From: Ruditapes philippinarum
Taxonomy: Eukaryota
Assembly (NCBI RefSeq): GCF_026571515.1
Contig: NW_026858783.1
Location: forward strand, 124,001-181,201
Length of the DNA: 57,201 bases
Direction: 5' to 3'
The translations under genes were made by a program, and so were the position numbers. The notes under the pieces are model-generated. The model was given only the letters and a program-made list of their open reading frames with translations. It searched no databases and was not told the DNA's origin. This document shows positions 33,725-48,615 of the stretch, one piece after another. How positions within the stretch are numbered: position 1 is the first letter of the stretch; each line of letters starts with the position of its first letter.

Positions 33725-36434
33725 ATTTGCAATGTTGTAAATGAATCATACGTGACTGATCTTAGCTGATACATGTAATTATCGACTCGATTAATCGTTA
33801 AACTCGTATATTTTTAAACGTTTTTTTTTCCAAATCATTATTCTAGCCTTTATTTTCTTATTATATCGCCTATCTGGTAAAAACTAATTTTTATACATGT
33901 AAAGTCTTAAAAAGAACTTTAATGTATATGCATGCCAATACATATGTTTTGAAAATCATTCAATTTAAACTATATCTTAATATTTGGAAATGCTTCGTAG
34001 GCGCTTTTGTACATCAAGTTTGAATATCTCTCAAATGAACCCAACTATGACATATTATTCTATCGAATGCAATGTTATGTTTTGAACTATTGACCTCAAA
34101 TATATATGTTTACAAGTTGATCTGATTAGACAAAACACTTGACACAATAGCTTTGAAACAAATACATGTAGGTAGGTACATAAAGCAAAAATACAAAGGT
34201 AGGTTTGAATAACCAATGCTTTATTGCATGTCTCGGTCTCAGCATTATGATTTCTATTATGAATTCTATGTTTTAATATATTTTATTTCTGCTTAAATTT
34301 TTAACAAAATTATTGTTATAATAATACTCCTGAATAAATATCAGAATGCATGTAATGAATTTAAATTGCATTGGACATGGATACTATTAAACAGTTTAAC
34401 ACCAATGCGTGTTTATAAAAGATTGAAGCAAAGGATGGGCTGTGACAATTTTAATAGAACACAAAAGCAAAATAAATATTAAATAAAAAATGAAACGTAT
34501 AACTATTGAAACAGTACATCAAGTCCATCGAAATAACTTTAACATTTAGCCAAATGTGTTGCAAGCAAGACACGTTCTACCCATTCCTTATGCTTGACAA
34601 TCCAATTATCGTATAGTTTGCATAACAAATGTTAGAAAACAGTAACTGTTATAATTCAGATTGTGAACTATACAGGTTTTATAAATTTATCTTGGTTTGA
34701 ATTACGTTATCACAATCATGTTTAGTAAACTTTGAACACTAACGCCAACTGCTACAGCAACCGATAACATATACATTATTAGAATATCCCAGCACATAAA
34801 TCTTATTGTGTTTTTACAATTCCAGTTATAATTATTACTAAGGAAAACTTATAAGTGAAGATTATAGCTATCCATTAAAAAGTTAAACCAACTTTAGTTG
34901 AATATGTACATGATTGTATTTACTGTTTCAGTAAGATACCGTTTGCTTGTTGTCTCTCCCTTTTGAATACATTTATATTTAGGCATTTTATGGAAAACAA
35001 TTATAACAAGCCAAGCGCAATTTAAATATTTGTACGGACTTTATATGAAGAGATATTTCTTGAGCAGCTTTACAATACAGGAATCGATCTGAATCTAAAA
35101 TACAAACATACATTGATTCTATGAACTGTGATCTATTTTCAGTATTTATTTTAAGTTTCTTAACATAGCATCTATCATGAATATACTAATTCCAAGTAAA
35201 CAACAAAATGATGCAAATAACTTTCAAAGCTCCTTTATAGCCCTTTATTTTGTAAATGATCATGTGTACTTAAAGAAGAATCGAAAATCTTTAATACAAT
35301 GTTGATTTAAGTGTCCACGGACTAGGACAGACAGGCTGACCTTAAGACAGTTATGAGACAGACTTTATTCCATTTAATTGTTTTTGCATGTACATTGCTC
35401 TTATTTCTTGTAGTAATAAAACAGTTAAATTCAAACATTGTTTTATGTCCTTTATTTTAATTAACAAACCGTTTACATATAAATGATTGTTTCATTTATG
35501 CTACTTATACACTTAAATTAATTTTTCTATATTAAATTGAAATCTAATCATGGCATATGGCGTGTTCAACACTAGTCGATACATTGAATAAATCAAACAA
35601 TAACCTGACACCAGTGACTCAGATGACACTAAACTGATAATGATATTCATTTATGTTTACAATCCTAAGACTTCAAACAAAGGACATTGTACAATGCAAT
35701 TTAAATTGGAATCGGATAGTTTGTTTTTCAATATAATTACCGTAACTAATGTTTCTTTGTTTGATGGTTCAGCCGACAATACATTCAAACCGACATATGT
35801 CAAACAAAGGTCAAAGATATGTCAATCTGATAATTTTAACAATTTTGTCCTTTTTTATGAATCTATACATAAATTGTTCATGTGTACTTTTAGCTTAATT
35901 ATAATCTTATATTTCATTTATTTTCTTTTAATTTATGTTATAATGAAGAAACTTGTTTATTACATATATGAAGAAGTTAAATGTGTTGCTTTTTAATCGA
36001 CACATTCATAACAAATCTTTAACCCATAGCAGTTAAAATACACCAGAACAACACATGTTTCTTTAATCTTTTCTAGTTTTGACTGTTGTCTTCATCAGAA
36101 TAACGTACAAAGCATTTGACGACACGTCCGATAGGACGTCAACGTGACAAATTGGCGCAAAAACGTGAATGTAAAGTAATTAACTAATAGATATAGATCA
36201 AAAAGATACAGCGGGTATTAATAATTATAGAACTATATTTCTACAATATAAAAAAATATATAACCCATAGCCGCATATATAGATGAACATTATGTTAAGT
36301 TATACCGAAAAATTGCACGTCAACATTTTTAGCTAGTTAAATATAAAATAATTGTGATGCAGTAATTGCTTTAATACTTTTGTAATAACAAAAATCACAA
36401 GAACATAAGCAAATTAATTTTTATGCAATTAAAA

Positions 36435-36675
36435 TATAAGCCGCGTCACGACAAAACCAACATAGTGCGTTTGCAACCAGCATGGATCCAGACCAGCCTG
36501 CGCATCCGTGCAGTCTGATCAGGATCCATGCTGTTCGCTTACAAACCCTAAAATAAGTAGAGAAACTGATAGCGAACATCATGGATATTGATCAGACTGC
36601 GCAGACGCACAGGCTGGTCTGGATCCATGCTCGTCGCAATCCCATTATGCTGGTTTTGTCATGACGCAGCTCATA
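36435..36675. mobile_element. Palindromic MITE, copy 2
   Basis: Same family as 17967-18194 (gtcacgacaaaaccaacata...ggatccagaccagcc...ggttttgtcatgacgcagctcata). Confidence 0.9.
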
Positions 36676-39185
36676 CAGTGTTGAGGTTCAAGCTAATAAT
36701 TATATGTATTAGATCAACATAATCCTTGTCTGAAATATTTTACTTCAAGATTCATGCTAATTATAATAGCATGGTAACAAATGAATTTAATCTTACGAGA
36801 GTGGGTCGATATGTTATATATTAATGCATTATATTTTCTAATTAAGCTCGTGATATTTGAATTTATTAAACTATACTATGTTCAAAGCATTTGATACCAA
36901 AAAATACGTGTAAACAACCGATTAGGAAATTTAATTCATATCTAAAGAGTCCTTATACGTTTAACTTCTTCTAAAATATGGCCCTCCAACGTCTAGTTTA
37001 AAGTTTTGAAATACGGGCTTTATAAAGCTTAAGCAGAACTAGCAAAGAACTCTGCTACATGTATATGTTTTTGTATGATTTTTGTAACATTTATGGCAAC
37101 AATGAACTAACTTATGCATTTGTTCGCAGTAGATTAAAACATAAAAAAGGGCACGAAAATGTTTCACGGTAATTGGCATATCATTCATATGTTGCCACGC
37201 TATCACTTACTCATATAGCTTATATAACAGGAATATCACTGTCAACTCATATGATTCTGAAGAATCACTTGGAAGGCCGAAAAACTGCTAGATGGATACC
37301 CGACAACGCTCCTACACACAAACTGTTTACTTAATTTATTGCTTATTTATTTAATTAAAAAAAAAACAGAACAAAACGAGTAACTGTTCTTCATATTAGA
37401 ATAAGCGCCATGATTATTTTTTTCTCTTCCATATGGATTTGATCGGCCATTAGTTATTGAAAAAGGTATACCTAAGGGGGTTATGTTTAAGCATTGAGAA
37501 ATTAAATTATCCATCTGAAACCTTGTATTTCTGTAGGAGGCGATTATGTCAAAGAATTGAACTAGTAAGTTGTAAAATATTTGCTCTTTTTTATTTGTTT
37601 ACAGTTATGCATTACATAATTATGATCAACGTCGTTACTATTACACATATTGTCGAACACTGACAAGGAATTTTATGTGCTCTATTCCAAGACAGCAAAT
37701 TCGCAACTTCTATGTTTTAACTTCAAATTTGCCTTTTTCTATTTATCATTTTCAATTCGCAAATAGATCGACTTTCCACTTTCACTCTTCCATTCGTGGA
37801 ATGACCGAACAATTAACAAGTCACAGTAACTGTGGAGAAAACAAGAATTGCTTTTAAATTTAAAGAAACAAACAAAATACTGTTAACATAGTCAAGATCA
37901 TTCTACACATTTTGAAGATCAACGAAGTACAAGCAAGACATTTGTATCTGTGACATTTTTCTTTACAAGAAATTCAACACAATTAAAGATATATGTAATA
38001 TAAATTATTTATGATAATATTATTAGCTTGTGCAAGATTCAAAACTATCTGCTAGTACATTATCGTATTTTGATATGACTTAAGTACTATGATGCTGGAG
38101 TATATGAATGTAAATAATTTATGTTTAAAATATATCAAAGGTAAAAAGTTCGGAAACTTATAATTGATCGGGTATATTTCATACTGTGTAAATTGTATCA
38201 ATTCAATATTAACAAATACGATAAGTTATTGTGGATCTTCATTAAATTATGAGAATATTTCAGATTGTTGAGTACAGTACTGAATTCAAATTGAGAGCAC
38301 ACAGCTGCAAGATCGTTTGGCTGATATGTTTTCAAGAGTCCAAGAGAATCACTTTTGGACACTGAAAATAGAAAGGTTATATTTGATGCAATATACATTT
38401 GATGTTTTCCTTTGTACCCTTGAATGAAAATGAGGCTTACGTGATAAGATTGGATCCTATTATCATTTTTGTTTAGTATCAAGTGGTTCGAAATCTGAAA
38501 GTTCATTTGTTATTTGTGTATATAATCCGTACCAGGCCCTTCTTTAAAGCTACTCTCCCACACAAAACAGGTCTAAAAACATCAACATATTGCTGACATA
38601 TATTGAATTTACATACAAGTCAAATATTCAGTTTCCAAGAGATAATAATGACCTTACGGTTGTTTTGTTTTTGTTGACACAGATATAAACACCCCTACTA
38701 TCACTTCCGTTAACATGAAACGAGATATTTTCTTCCTTTTCTCTTTTTTATAGACATAATTTTCTATGATAAAGTCGATTGCAGAATAAGAACAAACCTA
38801 CCAAGAAAAACTTTTCTTACAACAATCAACGGATCTGCTTGCAACCAGTTAACGGATTTGTTTATAATTTAAGTCTATATTTACAAAATAAAACGTTGCA
38901 ACGGTTGAAAATTACAGCATTATAAACATTGCAAAACTATATTTAGATGTTGTTTGTAGACAAGACATGTATTAATCACCTAGTTCCTTTTAAATATACA
39001 AGCCTGTGGTGATTTTTTTCTGTTGATGTTATTTAATATAAAATTCGAAAAAACTGCAATCTTTGGGATAGTAGCTTCAATCAATTGTCAGTGTTTAAGA
39101 AACAAATCTTTCTTTTTTTACATCGTGATCCATGATCATGTTTCAAATTATCACAATTACCACAGATAACTCAGTCTTGTCTTAA

Positions 39186-39537
39186 AAGGGCTCCACTGAG
39201 GTTTAAACGCCTAAAAACAACATTTGAATTTCTAACATAAATAAGCCGGGGTAATTTAAACAGAAATATATGCAAAGATAGTTAAGAAATATACTTTCAA
39301 ATAAATCGAAAGTCGTATTTTTATGCTTTTCTTGGCCCGATTTGAGTGAAAAGCGTTTAAACGCTTTTCATTTTTGGTCATTTTTTACAATTTGAATAGT
39401 GTTTCTTAAAAAACGAATTGTGCGAATGATCTGAAATTTTGCACAAAGATTAGTGGTCTAAATCTACATCAAATGTAACATTTATCTGGAAAAATATTTT
39501 CAGTCCCATCATGTCAAAAAACCTCAGTGGAGTCCCT
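39186..39537. mobile_element. Kolobok-like MITE
   Basis: TIR core ctccactgaggttt / aaacctcagtggag; TTAA at left, degenerate tgaa at right. Confidence 0.6.
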
Positions 39538-39937
39538 GAACAACAAAAGTTCAATTTAATTACTTCATTGATTTTGAATATAACAGATCGTAAAGCATAA
39601 AAGTCACTTTAATGTTCGCTTTACGGTTAAAAAAACCGCTTGCGCGTTATTCAATAAAAATGCAACGCCAAATATTTTAGACAATACTTTACTAACTGTT
39701 TGAAAACATTACGAATGCCAATGGGTAATTAAGAAATAAAGTCATTTAATACAAATGACATGTAACGCTTTGCTGTGTCCAAAATCACTTTGCGTGCGCT
39801 TGATTGATCGTATATAGCCGTTGCGTTCTCTTTTTAGATTTATGAGATAAATCTATTTAAAGAAAAAAAACAGAAAACAGAAAAAAAACTTGTATAGATG
39901 TAACGACAAAGTGATATGCATGGTCATTGTAGTAATT

Positions 39938-40651
39938 TTAAAGCAGCAGGCCTCCAGAAGGTAGAAAAACTGCCGTCTTACTTATATTCAAATCTCTATT
40001 CAAAACATTATATAGTTGAAAGAAATCGAAATGGCACTTCAAATTGTTCATATTTTGATATAATTGCTCTAAAATCTAATAGTTCTTTTTTCCACAGACG
40101 GTAAAACCTTCTTTTATTATACCACGGAATTCTTTTTATCGTACTAATGTAGTTGTACAAGACAATGTCACGAACTGTGATCCGGAACGCACGAAATCCG
40201 GGATTGTATCAAACATAGAAAGAAACGAATGACTACTTTTGTTTTGATACTTGTATTAACGTTGTCACTAAAACTATAATTTATTAATTATATCATAGAT
40301 ACATGTATGATGACCAATTTATTGATTTAAACTATTCTAAGGGCCTATTCAATGAAGCAAAAATGATACGATGATACGACCCCGGCATACTGGATACCGG
40401 GATTGTTTTGGACTACTGTACATGTTGTGACAGGTGACTATGTTAACTGGATTATTGTTCTCCTATTTATATTGGCTACATCGATAGTAACTAAGAATAT
40501 TATGCAAAGAAAAACACGATATATTGATGCTTTTATGAACATTCTTTCTTAACTTAAGATGTATATTTGTAATAGTTCATTTAAATAATAAACCCAACAA
40601 AAATATTTTATGTTTACTTAAAATTTTATTTCATTTTTCCTTTTTTTCATC
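39938..40651 (+). repeat. Inverted duplication, arm 2 (paralogous exon end/donor at 39960-39962 + intron-like sequence)
   Basis: Diverged, colinear homology to the reverse complement of 27848-28557. Confidence 0.85.
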
Positions 40652-43600
40652 TGGAGACCAGTGGCTTTAATATCAGACATTGTTTTATTTTCTTTACGTT
40701 GCACTCTTTGGACATTTTATATACACGTAACGATTTTTTTTCTTACGTGATATGCATCTATCATGTTCTATCTACATTTTGAAAATTCTATAAATGACCA
40801 TACATTTTAAGAGGGTAAATCGTGCCAATGTATGAGTTAATGCTATGACATTGTTAATTTCTGTCAAGCATTATCACATCTTTGAAAAAAAAACATATCG
40901 AATAAAATGAATTATCTTGATATATCTCTTATATATCAAATCAATAATAATATAATAATAAGTCCTTTCCATGTAGTGTTACATAAAAATACATAAAAGA
41001 TATATGAAATGAAACACATGTAACACGTATCATTCGTTTCGACACACTGTTATTTTAATAAATGATATCTCATATAAATAATACATTGTATGATTATAAT
41101 ATAAAATTCAACGGTTAAGTCAGGCCGGATTTTAAGAAATTGTGAATGCAAGGGACATTTCATAGTACAAGTCGTATCTTAAGTTTCTATTGTTTTAGAG
41201 AATAAGCACAGCAAATAACATTAACTGCAAGTAGGGTTTGGACCCAAATCCCATGCACACTGTTTCTCAAATTCAATAGTTTCAGGTTTTTAATAAGGTA
41301 TCTCTTTTCTCTCTAATTACTTAATTATGCTTGTCTTAATCAAATGAGTATTCAATATCCTATTTAATTTAATTTATATGAACAATAAAGTTATAACATA
41401 ACACATTATTTATTAAATAAAATTTGCCCCCTAGAAACATGGTCAGAGAGGTCATATTAATTATTCTTTTGCAAAACATGATTATCATTTATGTTAGGTA
41501 AAATTAAAATTAAAACATATGACAGTGTCTCCTGTATAAATTTGATACTGAAGAAAGAAATATGGTTTCATAGTTACTTTACTTCACTATAATGCATTGG
41601 GTGCTATTTTGTTATGTGAAAATATAGCAGAATTTGTCAAGTTCTGAAACATTTGGAGGCGATGCGTTCTCGTTATAAGACGTTTTTAAAGTTATGTCAT
41701 ATGTTGTTTTAGGCCTTAATACTGTTGTGGTTAAAGATGAAAGCTTTTAAAAACTAGTTTAGGGAATGTAAACCAGTGATTTGTGGAAATATTAGGGCTT
41801 ATTGTCTCGGAGATTCCTTAGAATACAATACTTTTGATTTTAGGTCTGTAATTGAGAGATTTTAGAATGCCACTTTGGAGGATTAGACTATGAGCGTATC
41901 ATGCCATGATTTCATAAGGACCTGGAATTTAGGTTGGTCAAAGCTGGGGCTAGTGCTTTGTGCCTTTAGAAATGAATGTTGTTATTTATCGGTTTGTATG
42001 GAATGTTACGAAATGTCAGTAGTGAAATGGTAATAACATGGAACCATTTTACTATACATTAAAGGGCAAATATATACATCATTATGTTTTTTGTATTATA
42101 ATAAGTAAAAGTGAGTAATGAGTAAAAGTATAAATATCTGACTCTCGTTCCGGATACCACCAGAGCAAGCTAAAACACAGCTTTAATAGGATTGTGAAAA
42201 CCCTGTGAATCTTTGAGGTAGTATTAAGTTGTGTGCATCGTTTATAACAATTCAGCTTTGGCCTATAAAAATAGGGCTCAAATTATAATAGGTGATCCCT
42301 ACATTGTCTAAGAAGCCACCAGATCAACGGTCTGTAAATACTAATAGTGCTATAAGTCCATATTTTGTAGGAGACATATAGTTGGAGTAGTGGTGGTAAG
42401 AACTTTTTAACAGTCAAACAGTCTTCCCCAAATTCAATTTTTCTTTTTTCACTTTTGTTCCCCTGATTTTTGCGACTAGGGTATAGGAAAATTTTGCTTA
42501 TTTTAAAAAATTTATTTTCAAAATTAAAAAGAATTAACCCTTTAAACACAATTTTGTTTGCTAAGGGGGCACTAAAATTTTAAAATTTTTTGAAAGGTTA
42601 AATCGGTGGAAAGTAACAATGTACAGGGTTGATGTGTTTGGCGTGAAAAAAACTACAAGTTTTTTTATTTATATATATAACGTGTAGCTTTGGTAGAAAA
42701 GAACCTAGCTTATAACTTACTTCCAACTTGAAAAAAAGTGCACTTTAATGCTATTTAATGGCCACCATGATCAAATCGTCATTTGCCTTCCTTGAAGTTA
42801 TTTTTTATTAATTATTAAAGTTGTAATCGAAATCGAAATAATTATATTATTCACATGTATCATATCAATGACTTTGCTCTTGAATTTAGTTCATGAGTTT
42901 TTATTGTAAAGATAATGTCGATATGAAAGGACCTAACACAATTATTACGCCAATTTTATATGTAAATAGAATGTGCAGAATCGTATGTTTGTCTCTTAAG
43001 TACTTCCGCTTCAAAGCTATTTAAGTACATATATAACGTAAATTCTAGTACTGTAACAGTAGTTACTTTGCAAAAATGGACCAAGATTGCCTCTTTATTA
43101 TAGTTCAATTATTACAAGGTTTAGTAAAAATGGCCTTTTATAGATATACCGTAAAAGTAATTATATAAACGTGTCACTATTGATTATTACGAATATTAAG
43201 TTTCTTCTTTGCCTTGTATCAAATTTAAAAATCATAACCGCTTGACTTCATTTTGACAGTGAATACATTGCATAGATAGACGAAGTTATTTTAATGTTTA
43301 ATTTATCCATTCAACACCGGTCAGCTTGACAAGATATTTTATTTTACCCTTTGTATTTGATCACTATTATCCGATCGTTAAGCTTTTTTTGTTTCTCTTT
43401 ATTGTTATCAAACGTTTCGTTGTAACTCTATATAATTACATTACTTTTTTGCTTTTTATATGCGTCCGTACGTCGTCATACATTTTTAAAACGACCTAAT
43501 TTCTGGAACCACCTTGTCAAATTTGAAGTATATCGGGGGTCATGCGTTTTTGCTTAGATGTATATAGTAAACAAACTAAAATCATTGTTCTTCTTCACAA

Positions 43601-44911
43601 CAATTAAGGCTAAAACTAAGATATTTAGCATGAATAATTGTCTATTAGACCTTAAACAAGTTTTCACAAAGTATAACATGGGGTCTAAATTAGACCAATC
43701 TCGGGGTGCTCATAGATTAACTAAATTAAAACAATTCCCCTTTATATTTATAAATGAAACATGTTTACGCATGATTTAATTATAGCCTGGTTCCATGCTA
43801 TCAAATCTCGGTAAACTACAGTTGCACAGTCATTATATGTATATGGATATAAGAAAACATTCTCTTTCCATTTGAAGAAAATGTTAATAAATTTTTTTTC
43901 TGCAAAGCAAGAAATCTTAAATTAGTCCTGAAGTGTAAAGCTAATGATTTTTTTATATACATGCACTTTTGTTTTCATTGAAGACTCGCAAAGTTAATTG
44001 TGTCGTTCTGCAGCAAATCATGTGTCTTATTCAAAGTGTTAAAAGACTTGCCTGGCTGCTTAGCAGCCGAATAAAGGGACACAACCCATGAGGGAATAAA
44101 ATAAATTCGAAAGAGTTTTGTGAAACGGTTTATATCTATACAGTATGGTTATAATGCAAGTATCATTGCGTCTCGCGAACATTTCTCTCTCGTGTTGATA
44201 TTTAGATAATACATCAGCGATAATATTCAATTTCATCAAATTTAGAGGTTTAATAAAATCAAGAATAATGTCAAAAGTGCTTTCAGTATACATTTTCTAC
44301 ATGCTTACTTTTCTGCTAAATTGTGAGGAAATGTATATATGGCTGTATTTGTCTCTATACCAACTAGTACTTTTCAAAAAATGATAATTACCTAAGTAAC
44401 GCTCAAACCAAAGCCATAGGTAAATAACCTACGTGTTAACGCGAATATATTCCTCGAGAACCTGCTTTAACCTTGCTGTGATGAAAAATGTTATACTATA
44501 TTAAACCTTTCTTGAATATGTTAGTACTTTTGTCACAAAATGATCAATAGAATTCCTCCTGTACGGCCCAGAAGGTCACACGGTACACATGCAGACAACC
44601 TGATCTCAAAGCTTGTGGCTTAACATGCATTTCCCATTTGTGAGGAAAACACAATTTTATAATCGGGTTTCTTTTATGCACCACAATACTATTCAAAAAT
44701 GATAATTTGTCTATTTAATATTAATTACCAGGCTTAATGTTTACGGATTAAAATAAATAAATTAAGATATAGCAAAGTGTTCTAAAATCGCTTAATTTTA
44801 ATAGTTTTATTTTTTACACATAAAAACATATTGATATGAATATTTGATAATCCTTTCATGTTATGAGGGCTCAATGTGTCTGAATTGTAAACAAAAAACA
44901 ACAACATCCAA

Positions 44912-45780
44912 ACAGGACAGACAGACATTTTATTTCAATCAAAAAGGCTTATAAGCCCATGATGACATAATACATCATATTTACAAGATAACGAACAGTG
45001 CATATGTTAAAATAAAAACATTATCACAGTATAATTATGACTTTACAGGAGAAGGTCATAATAACAACTTATTCGTTAGAACGTAGAACAATACAAATAT
45101 TAATTTATGTTTGTCTTACACTCACGTACTTCTTATCTGTTACAATGATTGCATGAATTAAATGTTCTGTTCTAGAAATGTTTAGCTACCCAAAATTAAT
45201 ATAATTTACCATGATGTTAATCTATGAAGTAGTGTCACAACAAACATAATTAATATTCACTACATTACATAAATCATTAAACTAAATTAGTTTATCTACA
45301 TATCTTACCTCACTATTGAGCCAAGATACATAGATTATATTATATATAGATTCCTATTATGCTAATAATCCCATATTTAATCAGTCTTACCGAAACGAAA
45401 CTGTAAGACCGATAGTATGACATGCAAATATACATAATTATATAACATATGTTAGACATGTGTTTGAGATATATACTTATGCGAATATCAATACATTTCT
45501 TATTAAGATGCTTATTACAATACAATATATATTACATATCTATTTTACTTATGACTATACATCTAAAATATCAATATCTATTTAATAATTTATTTGAAAA
45601 CTTTTAATTGGTATATAGAACCGAATTTCGAATATTAAAGGCATTATAGATATATATTCCAAGGTTTCGAAGAGTGTTCTTATTTTCTGAATTTACAAGT
45701 TCAACCAATTTTCGCATACTAGGTCTTATCCAAAAGCGTCTATCAATATACTTTTTTCTTATATCAATAAATAACAAACA
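44912..45780 (-). mobile_element. 5'-truncated LINE (CR1/L2-group-like): ORF2 C-terminus, 3'UTR, AATAAA and (TCTG)n tail
   Basis: Peptide IRKKYIDRRFWIRPSMRKLVELVNSENKNTLRNLGIYIYNAFNIR* resembles invertebrate CR1/L2-group ORF2 ends. The minus strand ends aataaaatgtctgtctgtcctgt. Confidence 0.7.
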
Positions 45781-47677
45781 GGCATTGACAGTCCATTGAC
45801 AGTCCATTGACAGCCCATTGACAAAAGTGACGCATTTCAGAGGAATAAAAAAGTAAGTCTATTTACAAAAAAATAACATAGAATTTTGCTAGCAATAGTG
45901 TTAAATAATATTTTTGTCGTTTCATTGTAATCGTTTTGAGCAATGACATTGAAATGTTATTTAATAAGTGGTTATAACCTGACTTGTAGCATTGGTTTTC
46001 ACTTAATTGTCGATATTTATTTGTGAATAAGAGAAACGTTATAGAACCCAATCATACTTTGACCGTATCAACTTGGATATAATGGAAAAAAAGTATTCAA
46101 TAGAGAATAATGGATCCGTAAAGTAAGCAAAAAAAAATAATTAAAAAACACAACAAAATTAATAGATTTGCCGCTCAGTTTGATTTTGGCCTGTTCATGA
46201 ACTGGTAAGTGCATGCTTCTATTTGTGCCCACTTGCACCGGCTTAGGCAGAACTCAATATTTTAGTATTAACTGTATAATTATTTTTAGATGTGGCGGTT
46301 ACAATGGAACCTGCAATCTGATCGTTCAATTAATTTCATTTCAACTAAATATGATTTGCCATAACAGCACTTGGCAAAAAGAAAAAAAATGGAATTTTGA
46401 AATGGGATTAAAATAGATTATTATGCCTCCATATTACAGGTAAGCCTTCAAAGGACAACTTTCAAACAGGCAGCATATCCTACGAATTATCTACAGTATC
46501 CATGGAGGAATACCTGCACCACCAAAATACAAAACGAACAAACAAAACACACTAAAACAACGATAATGTTGTGCTGAACGATCTTCGAGATATAATTTAT
46601 AATTTAAAATTACGTCCAGAAAAAGGCCTCCACGCGACACAAACAAGGTGTGACAATTGAATAGAGAAAAAATCACAAAATATGTTTGAAAAGAAAACCA
46701 AACAAAACAACATGCCATTCAAGACATCGATGATGTCTGCTAAGAAGGTGAAAATACAGAATACATCAGAAAACTGATATAGAAAATTAAATGTTAGATG
46801 CATTAGAATGTATAACTTACGGTAAAGTGTCTTCTTTAATCCATTTATGGTGTTTTTAATCAAATGGTATTGAAATTGTGCAAAAGGTTCATCTTTACTG
46901 TGTTTTCATGTCCCCTGTTTAATGGAATCACAGTAGCACATTTGATCACAAAAAATATACAGAAAACAATATTGTCCAAAACAATTAGTACAATGTATTG
47001 CCTCGCTTGCTTTAATTTAAACACTTGGAATCAAAAGTTTCAACGTTATTATAATCACGTTTCGGTTGAAGAAGCCGCTTACCTATTAGCCAATGAAAAT
47101 TCAACTACTAATACCTTAAAACAAAACAATAGCAAATGGTATATCTATAGATATTACGCACGAATGAATTACAGGTAAAATTATTTAAAGACGAATATTA
47201 TGTTTCTGTTTGGCCTTTTAAAATCATTCAAATGGTGATTTCACAAGGTTAATTATTAAATCTATCGATTTTGTTAAAACAAACTGGTATGTGATCAGAG
47301 TTTCTTAAGAAAAGAAACGTGATTTAACATGTCAAGCATGCTGTCCGAAATATTTGTCATTGAACATAATTCAATACTTCCTTTGATCAAATTATCTATC
47401 ATGTTATTGTTTCATTTTCTTTAAATTGCCTTATTATGTTCGTATATTGAAAATACACGAGACTGAAAATAGAGCCTTGTTTTGCATACATAATTGTTTG
47501 TATTAATAGTTTTGTAATATTTTAAACAGTGAGTGAATACAATATATATTTCAAACAATAACAGACACATTTGCATTTCGATTTATTTATTTATCGATTT
47601 CTGCCAAATGATTTGATTGTATGAAAAAGTTACGATCTTATTTCATGTATTTTAACTATATTAGATTTAAAATATAA

Positions 47678-47680
47678 ATA

Positions 47681-47713
<33 letters not shown>

Positions 47714-47720
47714 ATAATAA
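47678..47720. repeat. (AAT)n microsatellite
   Basis: aataataataataataataa... Confidence 0.9.
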
Positions 47721-48615
47721 TTTCAATAATAAACATGGATAAATAAATTAAAAGTAGCGTAAACTGTTTCAAATTAGTATTATATACTTTTCATATCCAC
47801 CCTCAACTCATCATTTTCAATGAATATGCATTTACAAATCGGGCATCTAATTCAATTCATTAATACACAGTGTAAAGAAAATGCTATTTCAGTAAATGAA
47901 AGTCCCGTGAAATCAACAAATTGTAAATGAATCGTCTGCTATAATATGTGCTTATATACATATGTTTATTGGTTGTAAATCGACGTTAAAAGTTACAGTA
48001 AAGAGCTTTTTGATCAAAAGTTCTATTTAGGATAAAAAAATGTCTGAGATATGTCAATAGAATGTTTAAATACGGAAAATTATAAACGAAAATGCAAACA
48101 TTAAAAATGCTCCAGATTCGGTTCATTTAGAATAGATTAGCTACTGACTACGCAGTTAGCATCAGATTGAGCAGAATTAAACATAAAAGATAGAAATGGT
48201 AAAATGTTAAATTTAAAGCATCCGATGAAGTTCACATACGGCTGTAATATTAGAGTCTTCAGTATGAAAACAGTGGTAACTACCAAAAAGAAATTTTGAA
48301 AGGGTATCATAAGTTATAAGCCTTCAAAACGTCTGTAACTGTGAGAAAGGAGGTGCATATTAATTTGCTATAAGTCAGTGTCCTCGCATTGAACGAATCG
48401 TAAACCAAAATGAAAGTTGTATCCAGTCCTTTCAAGAAAGAGATACATAACGCCGTCATCAATGTTCATGTTGTCTAATCTCAATATGAGTTTCTAGTTT
48501 TGCAACTCACGCACATGACACGGATCGTACAAATATTTGTACAACTTTTAATTGTGCATACACTTTCCAATTTCAAACACTTACATATTATCTCTTCTTT
48601 CTACAAATAATATTA

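Noticed and set aside
38198-38361. Possible minus-strand terminal exon after a tttctattttcag acceptor
   Set aside because: No recognisable domain and no linked upstream exon found.
46290-46439. Plus-strand exon candidate for the inverted paralogue (ttttag ... acag/gtaagc)
   Set aside because: All three frames contain stops and none resembles the TM, Pro-rich or CARD exons; could only be non-coding.
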